From: Lama guanicoe
Lineage: Eukaryota
Direction: 5' to 3'
DNA length: 20,000 nt
NCBI GenBank assembly: GCA_013239625.1
Contig: MU056029.1
Location: 1,285,299 to 1,305,298 of the forward strand
Made by a program: the position numbers and the translations under genes. The notes under the pieces were generated by a model that was not told the origin of the DNA, did no database searches, and worked only from the letters and a program-made list of their open reading frames with translations. Of the stretch, positions 11,541 through 20,000 are shown piece after piece. Position 1 is the first letter of the stretch. Each line of letters starts with the position of its first letter.

Positions 11541-11742
11541 CTAATTACTACACATAAAACTAGATAAATAGCAAGGTCCTACTGTGCAGCACAGAGAACT
11601 ATATTCAATAACTTGTAAGAGCCTAAGATGAAAAAGAATCTGAAAAGGAACATGCATATGTATGACCAAAACATTAGGCTGTACACCAGAAATTGACAGC
11701 ATTGTAGACCGACGGTACTTCAATTACAAATTTTTTAAAAAA
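11541..11742 (+). mobile_element. L1 3' end fragment, sense
   Basis: AGATAAATAGCAAGGTCCTACTGTGCAGCACAGAGAACTATATTCAATAACTTGTAA…GCTGTACACCAGAAATTGACAGCATTGTA, homologous to the reverse complement of the 8408-8860 element. Confidence 0.8.
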
Positions 11743-12185
11743 TATTCAGGGTCCTGTAGCATCTAAATAATAGGAAGATAGAAATCTCCCTGTCCTTTAG
11801 GTGGAACTCACGGAGCCATCCGGGTCCCAGCATGCACCCAGGGGTGTGTGTGACCAGACACATAGGAAGCAGCTTGCCCGGGTGGGGCATCTCACCAGGC
11901 CCGTGTCTCCCCAGGAGAGGAGGGGAATTGCAGCAGAACGCACTTGTGTGAGGAGGGCGCCAGGGCTGCCCGTGCAAAAACACGCTTCTATAATACCCCA
12001 AAGTTGGAAACGGAAGGTCATATTAATTAAAAAAAAAACCCGCAAAACACAAGACCACCCAGTATCCACCTGCAGCGTTGGCGTTAAGTATGGAACTGTG
12101 GTTCACCATCAACCGCTGCACTGGGGCTACTCCAGTCTACTTCAGTTCTTACTAACACGCGGATGAGCGTTACGATCACATCACT

Positions 12186-12954
12186 AGTTCTCAGGGTTCT
12201 GACCCCACCCTCGTCGAGCAGCGTTCTGATACGCTGGCCTCCCCCGTGGCCTTGCTCAGAGTCGGGGTGCCCTGGTTGTTGGAACCGTGTTGAGCAACTC
12301 GCATCTCGGGGGAGAACGTCTAGCTAAAGGTGGAAAGTGGTACAAGTTTACGGAAAGATATGTCAACATGCAAGACTGCTTGGTGCCGGTCTCGGCTCGT
12401 CATTACTGGTATATAATGGTGCTGTGACAAGGAAATGGCCGGGGCCGCACCACCGGCAACAGCCCCCGCGGACATCCCCTGCCGCGGGCCAGTGCTGAGG
12501 CTGGGCTGGCCCTTGTGGTTCTTACTATGAATGCAGGACACTCGGCAACAACCATCAGGGAACTTTGAAAAAGCAAGGTTTATTACTCACAGAGGCCACA
12601 GCACCGTCGTGGGCAGGGGAGGGGGAAAGAGCACAGATCTGGGGCTCCACCTTTATTGGGGTGCAAAGTGGGTGCTTAGGGTGTCGAGAGTTCAATATTT
12701 ATGGGCAAATTTAAAACAGAAGAACAGGAATCAGGTGCACTACTTAGGGAGCAGAGGGGTCATCAGACACAGAGCGGTCGGTATCTGGGTCACCTTGGGT
12801 TTTCTAGAAGGGGGCTGCGTGGTGGGCTGGCTCTTCGCCTAGGAGGGTAGCTGGCAACATGCCGGGGTGAGGTGGATGTCTTTTAAGAAGATGCCCCAGC
12901 AATTAAAAGCTTACCGTCAACCAAAAAAGCTTATGGTCAGGCACTGTCTCTACA
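12186..12954 (-). mobile_element. Probable solo ERV1-type LTR, antisense
   Basis: Ends …CTCTACA (TGTAG start on the minus strand). TTTATT near 12560 gives a minus-strand polyA signal and CTTTATTGGGG near 12651 gives a TATA-like box, in the expected LTR order. No TSD identified. Confidence 0.55.
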
Positions 12955-13539
12955 AAGACCTGTACGCACTGGCAGACGCGTCGTGTCCGTGATAAAAAGA
13001 CTCAATGCCGTGAGACGTCATGTGTCCCCGGCCTGTAATCTGAGGATCCAGCTCAGGTGCAGTACAAATCCAGGAGGGTATTTTTCAGGGAGGCCTGATG
13101 AGCGGATCTGACATGTACACGGGCAAGCAGAGGTCTGAGAACAGCCAGGGCCCCGTGGAGCACAGAAAGGGGCAGGCACCTCGCCCCTCTGGCTGCTGGT
13201 GTCTGGAATTCTGAAGTCTGTGCAGTTAAGATGGGGTCGACTGAAACTGGGATAGAAAAAGAGAATCCTGCGAAGAGAACACTGGGGCCTGATGAACACC
13301 CTGCTTGTCAGAGCAGGCCCTGCGACTGTGCGGGTGGGAGGGACGGCTTACTGATTTCAGTGGCAACACAGAAAACCGCATGGAGAAGATGCAGCTGGAC
13401 GCTTATGTGTGAAAATACATGCAGAAGTCAGCTCCCTGCGATCGAGGCCCTGATAAAGGTGACATTCCAGCTTTGACATTGCTCGTGTACTGTCTCCTGA
13501 CCCGGGAGTTGGGAGGGCCTCCAAAATAGGATGCAGGAA

Positions 13540-13835
13540 GATGAAGAGGTTGATAAATTGGACTAACTAAAGTAAACATTTATCAAAAAAAATTTTTTTA
13601 AAAACACCAACCAAGTGGAATAGCCACAAACTTGAAGAAGATATTTGCAACTCATAGAACAAAAAGTTTATGTATCAGAATATATAAAGAAACCATGAAC
13701 CGAATGGATAAAAAGCATGAACAGATTTCACAAAGAAGACACCGGCAAAGCCGCCCAAATGCTTTGTTCGGAGACATCTGTCCAGAACGTAAAACTACAA
13801 AGCAAACAATGCAACGATTATCATAAAATTGAGAA
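13540..13835 (+). mobile_element. Degenerate old L1 ORF2 C-terminal fragment
   Basis: Translations KKIFATH…LCIRIYKE and MNRFHKED resemble the L1 ORF2 motifs EKIFA…LISRIYKE…MNRHFSKED. Frameshifted. Confidence 0.75.
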
Positions 13836-14629
13836 AGCCACCTGTGGGGGCAAAGTGAGCTCTTCAGGGAGTCATGCACGTGCAGGCAGGGCCTCCAAGG
13901 CTCTGGCGTTTCCCTCTGTGTGAAGCCCCATGTCTGCTACATCTGTGCTTGTTTTATGATCTTTCAACGGTCAGGAGTCCTCTTTGGCACATAAAGCAGG
14001 AATAAGCATGGTGACGTGCACTAGCAAAGAAACACCCACGCGCATCACTCCCAAGACCCTCCCTCTGGCCCCTCCCGTGGGGGCCTCTGATCAGGCGCGC
14101 AGTCGTGCTTGTCCGCCCCGGCGAGCAGCCTGGTGGGGTCCCGGAGCGCACTGTCCCACGTAGGGATGCCGCCCTGCCAGCGCATCGCGTCCCCTGCACC
14201 GTCTGCAGATTCCTCACCTGTTCTGTCCACTTGGGAATGAGCACCGGGCTCTGTGTAAGTAGCCAGGTGCTCAGCACACGGCCTTGTTCGGAAGGCATTG
14301 GGCACTGGGTGTGGCCTGTGTGAGCATCTGCAGGCAGATGGTGGCGCAGGTGTGCTGGTTTACAAGGGACACAGGGAACATTTGAGCCTGTCCGTTCCTG
14401 AAAGCCAGCTGCTCCCATGGAGCTGCTCCTGCCGAGGTGAACAGGTCCCACGAGGCCCTGTGGTCACCCCTTGGCCATCACCCCTCCCAGAAGCACTCTC
14501 CCCATGTCCCCTCGTGGCCGTGGCTGCTCCTCTGGGGGGCCCTCCTCACCTCCTCAAACTCCAGACCCTGCGGCGCCCGAGGAAGTCATGCTCCACTGCT
14601 TCTCCACCAACACACGCTCTCCAGGCCAC

Positions 14630-15520
14630 CGTGTCACTAGCCCAAGCTCCGGGTGACATCTGCGTGCTGGTGACTTAAGCACTTACGTCCTCACTGTGGA
14701 CCATTCCTGTGAGCTCTTGACTTGTGCGGCCAGCTGTCTGCTCAGCTTCCCCACAAAGAGCCCTCGTGGGCCTCTCAGCTCTGACATGTCAGCAGCATCC
14801 CAACTGCTGCTCTTTCCCCAGAATCCGGGTCCTTGCAGAATCTTCGCCAACCCAGGAAGTGCAGACAGCTCGTCCAGATGCCTGGCTCAGCCACCTTCTT
14901 CCTCTCCAGCTCACATTTGATATGTTAGCTGATTCGATAACTCTTTCCTTTAAAATGTATCTTGTTTTTTCCTCTTTTTGCCACTTCCAACCCCTTGTTG
15001 CTTTTCACCTGAATTATTTTAATATTGCCCTAAGCCATCTCCTGTTTCTTTCCTTTGCCCACCCATGTTCTGTTCTCCCATCTCAAGCAGATGGGTCCTT
15101 TGCCAGCATAAACGAGATTATGTCATTTCTTTTCTCCCCCTCCCCGTCGTGTCTTCCTAGCTCAGAGTAAAAGTCAAAGGCCTTAAATGGCCTTGAGCAC
15201 TGTTTTATCTGGTCTTTTCCTCGGCCCTCTGCCCTGTCCAGTCACACTGCCTGCCTGGCTGCTCCTCGGGTGTTGCAGCACATTCCTGCTGGCAGGGCTG
15301 GCAGGACATTTGCACATGCAATGGCCCCTTCTGGGATGCTCTTCCTGCACAGCCCTCGGGTCTCCTAAATTAGGCCTTTCCAGATTACCTCATTTAGAAC
15401 TGCACCCCTGCCCTCCTTCATTGCTTGTATTTCCCATGGGACTTGCTGCCACCTCACATATGACATGTTTCAGGAATATTTTCCTCCCTCTCTGGGAGAC
15501 AGTCTTCTGTCTGTGTGTTC
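14630..15520 (+). mobile_element. Degraded L2 LINE
   Basis: Pyrimidine-rich, with L2-like motifs (TCACCTGAATTATT…, GCTCAGAGTAAAAGTCAAAGGCCTTAAATGGCCT…, ACATTTGCACATGC). Boundaries approximate. Confidence 0.55.
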
Positions 15521-15530
15521 TCCATCTACC

Positions 15531-16262
15531 TGTTCTAGTTTCCTACTGCTGCTGTGACAAGGTATCACAAACTCAGCAGTTTAACTAAAATAACTTGTTT
15601 ATTAACTAACCTTATTGTGGGAGTCATTTTGCACCACATGCATAGATACAACCATGACCATGTTGTATACTTCAAACTCACACAGTGTTGCAAGTCCATT
15701 ATAGCTCCAGTAAGTGAGACAAAATTGGAAAAAGAAAATAAAACAACGCTCTTACTGTCTCACAGTTCCGTAGGCCAGAACCCAGGGAATTTGCCTGCTG
15801 TCTCAGCCCTGGGTCTCACAAGGCCAGAATCACGGTGTTGGCAGGGCCGTGTTCCCTTCTGGGGGCAAGTCCACTTCCAGCCTCTCTCAGGCTGTTGGCA
15901 GGACTCAGCTTCATGTGGCTGTTGGCCTAGGTCCCTGTTTCCTGCTGGCTGTCACCTGGGAGGGTCATTCTCACCTTAGAGGCTGCCCACGAGCCTTGGC
16001 TCATGGCCCCGTCCTCCACCTTCAAAGCCAGTAAAGGCATCTGAGTACTTTTATCATGCTTCACATCTCTCTGAACTGGGTCTCTCTGACTGACTGCAGC
16101 CGGAACACGTTCTGTTTTTAAGGGCCCAAGTGATTATACTGGGTCCACTGGGATGATTTAAGATAACCTCCTGACTTTAAGGCCCAGAGCTTTAACTCCA
16201 TTTGCACAGCACCTTTTGCCATGTAAGAGTCACAGGTGAGACTCCAGGGGATGAACGTCCTG
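15531..16262 (-). mobile_element. MLT1 (MaLR) LTR, antisense, interrupted by an L1 3' fragment at about 15586-15740
   Basis: TGTTCTAGTTTCCTACTGCTGCTGTGACAAGGTATCACAAACTCAGCAG…TCTCACAGTTCCGTAGGCCAGAA…TTTTAAGGGCCCAAGTGATTATACTGGGTCCAC…CCTTTTGCCATGTAAG are typical MLT1 motifs. Confidence 0.75.
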
Positions 16263-16314
16263 CCCGCTGCACCACCCTCCTGCCAGGACGGCCTGGACAG
16301 GAGCAACAGGTGCC

Positions 16315-16811
16315 TGTTGCAGAGCGAAACCTTGATAGTAGCTTCTGTGGTCAGGTGCTGCTCCAGGTCCTTAGACTCAGAAACAAACAGAGACCAGACT
16401 TGGACATTTCCTGAGCAGACAAAACTGGTGTAGCCATGACCATAGAGGTAAACAGAGCCACTTTTGCAAGGCTGACGTGGCCTGGGTCGTTTCTTGCTTA
16501 TGCCTCTGAAAATCATAAACTGTTTCCCAAGGTTGATAGGAGGGAATCACTGACCAATTCCCTGTGATTTAAGAAGATTCAAATATTTTCGTAAATAACC
16601 AGCCAGTTATTTAAGACCGACCAGTGTGAAAAATGCAGTCACTGCTCTCTTGCTCTACAAGCTGCCCTGCAACTGTGTGCCTCAGAGCCTGTTTCCGTGT
16701 TTAGGTTTGCATGCTCCCAGTTTGCAAACTGTCCTTCTGGAATGTGCACAATAAACGTGTTAATTACTGCTTGGGTGAGTCATTGGTTTCACTGTTTATG
16801 TACCGTTGACT
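16315..16811 (+). mobile_element. Probable ERV1-type solo LTR
   Basis: TG start, AATAAA at about 16750 and terminal …GTTGAC. Family not identified. Its 3' half is duplicated. Confidence 0.45.
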
Positions 16812-17191
16812 AAATGCTCTGCACAGTATGTCCTTACGGAGCTCGTCTCATGACAGCAGGGGCCCTAAGAAGCAGGTGCTTCTTGAGAATATTTTCTTAA
16901 ATAACCAGCCAGTTATTTAAGACCAAGCAGTTTGAAAAATGCAGTCACTGCTCTCTTGCTCTACAAGCTGCCCTGCAACTGTGTGCTTCAGAGCCTGTTT
17001 CCGTGTTTAGGTTTGCATGCTCCCAGTTTGCAAACTGTCCTTCTGGAATGTGCACAATAAACGTGTTAATTACTGCTTGGGTGAGTCATTGGCTTCACTG
17101 TTTATGTACCGTTGACTAAATGCTCTGCACAGTATGTCCTTACGGAGCTCGTCTCATGACAGCAGGGGCCCTAAGAAGCAGGTGCTTCTTG
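16582..17191 (+). repeat. Tandem direct duplication, 2 x 304 bp (16582-16885 and 16888-17191), AG spacer
   Basis: Base-by-base comparison: AATATTTTC…GGTGCTTCTTG is repeated with 6 substitutions and no indels (~98% identity). Confidence 0.97.
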
Positions 17192-17280
17192 GTTAGAAGG
17201 ACTGAGGCACAGCGCACGAGTGGCTCACCCAAGGCCACGAAGCTGGGGGAGCCCCGGGACCCGTGGTCTCAGCCCCTGCG
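17118..17280 (-). mobile_element. Degraded MIR fragment
   Basis: AGAAGGACTGAGGCACAG…GGCTCACCCAAGGCCACGAAGCT resembles the antisense MIR core (GAAACTGAGGCACAGAGAGGTTAAGTAACTTGCCCAAGGTCACACAGCT). Confidence 0.5.
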
Positions 17281-17395
17281 ACGGGGCACCCTGCAGAGAA
17301 GACACACAGAGGGAAGTGGCAGCCCCGGCTTCTGAGCACGCCGCCCTCTAGAAGTGAGAGGGGCCTGCACCCTGGGGGTGTCTGCCCTGGTCTGA

Positions 17396-18101
<706 letters not shown>

Positions 18102-20000
18102 TAATCTGAGGTGCACTTGCCTCCCTGCGAGCCGGCCCGCTGACTGCCAGCCCTGCCCGGAGGCCCCCCCACCCCCGACTGCTTATATAACCCATCCCCC
18201 GCCCTGCCAGGCACTGGGACCTTCTGGCGGCATCTCTGCAGGAAAGGTAGAGAGCTTCCTGCAGATACTCCCACTTACCTGCCCTGCTCCCTCCTGCTTT
18301 GAACATTTCAGAGATTTCCTGGGGGCAGAATTCGGGAAAGCACCACCAAACAGCACAGAGACAGCCGAAGCCTTGGCAGGAAGGGAGCAGGTGCTCTCAT
18401 GCCCAGGGGCACAGGGCAGCCTGGCTTAACGCGACACAAAGCAGGCGGGATGTCCACAGGCACCAAATGCGTTCCCTTCCCACACCTGCAAGGTTGTCCT
18501 CGGACCCCTCCTGGCCACAGGAGGCCCAGGGGAGGGTACTCCGGGGCTCCAGAGTGTCTCCACCATGTGACAGGGGTGGAGCGTAAGCTCTAAGCCCCAC
18601 ATGTCACCCTGGTCCGCGTCTCTGTCAGTATCACCAACCCCAGAGCTGGCTGGAAGCACACACACGCCGCCTCTCACAGGCACTCAGCACCTGCCCCCTG
18701 GCGCCAGCTGGCATCCCAGGGCCGGGGAGAGATCCCGGCAGGGCTGGGAGGAGGCTGCCGCCCCGTGTGCTTACCAAGTTAGAGGAAAAGGAAGAGGAAG
18801 CACCTGATTTTCCAGGAACAAGAGGCGAGGTGGCACACAGGTGGGCATTTGGGGTTAGGCTTTGCAGCACTGATGGAGGAAGCTATTGTTTGGAGCTGTT
18901 TCCTGCCGTTCTTTAAAGAGGTATAAATGGGGCTTCTGATGGTCTTTTTTTTTTTAACATTATCTGATATTGCTACTCTCAACTCAAAAATAAAACGGGA
19001 TGAAAAGAACCACGACAACAAAAAGAATTATATGCAGGGGAGTCACTCCAAGTCCTACTGCAAAGAAACAGAAAGGCCTACTCCCCTCGTCCAGCCCTGG
19101 GAGGCACAGTCGGATCTGATAAAGGTCCAATCCTTGCTCCTAGACGTCTCTTGCCTCCCTTCTCTTGGTCCCTGTCGCCTTCCGCTGGGTCGGAGCCCAC
19201 TGCCCTCCTCTCGCCTGCTCACACCTGAATTCTGGTCTCCTCTTCTGTAAGAGGGCAGAGTTTTGCCACATGTGATCTTCACCTACAGCGTGCTGCGGGC
19301 AAAGGGCCGAAGGGACACAGCCACAGCTGGCCCCGCCGAGCGCAGGGCTGCGATTCCCACCGCAAACGTCCGTGCTGTGTGGTCAGTCCCAGAGGTCCCG
19401 ACACTCTGCCCCCACAGCCAGCCGGCCACCCCCCGAATAGCTGGCCCCGTCCCGGGTCTGCCTTCGCGGAGGCCCCGAGCCCTCCCCACACCCACAGCCC
19501 TACCAGGCTCCCTGGCCACACCATCTACTTCTTGCAGTTCAGCCGAGAAACCCTTGTCCTCAGAGCAGCTCAGCTCTGCCTCCACTTCTCGGAGCATCCT
19601 TCCCATCTCCCCAGGGAGATGCGAATTCAAGGAGCAAAGGAGAGTCGCCATCTAACACACCCGCCCACCGCAGGCGCCTCCCCACTGCCGGGCTCCTTAC
19701 CAGTTCACCATCAGGGCAGCATCATTCTCAGGGATGAAGGGGAGGTCCGCACTCGCCTCCCACACGGCCAGGCAGATCCAGAGAAGGCCCTGGGGCATCG
19801 CCAAGGAAAGGCCTTTGCTCTCCCCGTTGGGCAGCGGAAGCTGGGACCTGCCAGGCCCCGGCGCCTCCTGAAGCTGCTTGTCCTCAGCCCCACCCCAGGC
19901 GAGGGAGTGCAGAGCCTGTGGGGGGTGGTACCTCCTGCTCCTTCCAGCCCGCCCTGGCTGCAAAGTGTCCCAGGAGCAAACCCTCCGCCCGCAGCAGGGC

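Noticed and set aside
10029..11567. Many overlapping Pro/Ser/Cys-rich ORFs (also at 14-15 kb and 18-20 kb)
   Set aside because: Expected by chance in GC-rich intronic DNA where stop codons are rare. No recognisable domains.

Overview
Mammalian genomic DNA, very probably camelid given four tRNA-derived Vic-1-like SINEs and matching L1 3' ends. The window lies inside the GABA-A receptor alpha-5 gene (GABRA5, + strand). About 17.5 kb is one long intron packed with repeats: old L1M, MLT2/MLT1, ERV1-like LTRs, L2, MIR, young L1 3' ends and SINEs with target-site duplications. The only coding sequence is the 144-nt phase-1/phase-1 extracellular-domain exon ([46 protein letters not shown]). It is present twice in tandem (17523-17666 and 17812-17955) inside a ~290-bp duplication. 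A second ~304-bp tandem duplication (16582-16885 / 16888-17191) lies about 325 bp upstream. These paired duplications are the main anomaly: either a real exon duplication in a neurotransmitter receptor or a local assembly artefact. All other ORFs look spurious. Repeat family names come from pattern recognition and not from a database search.
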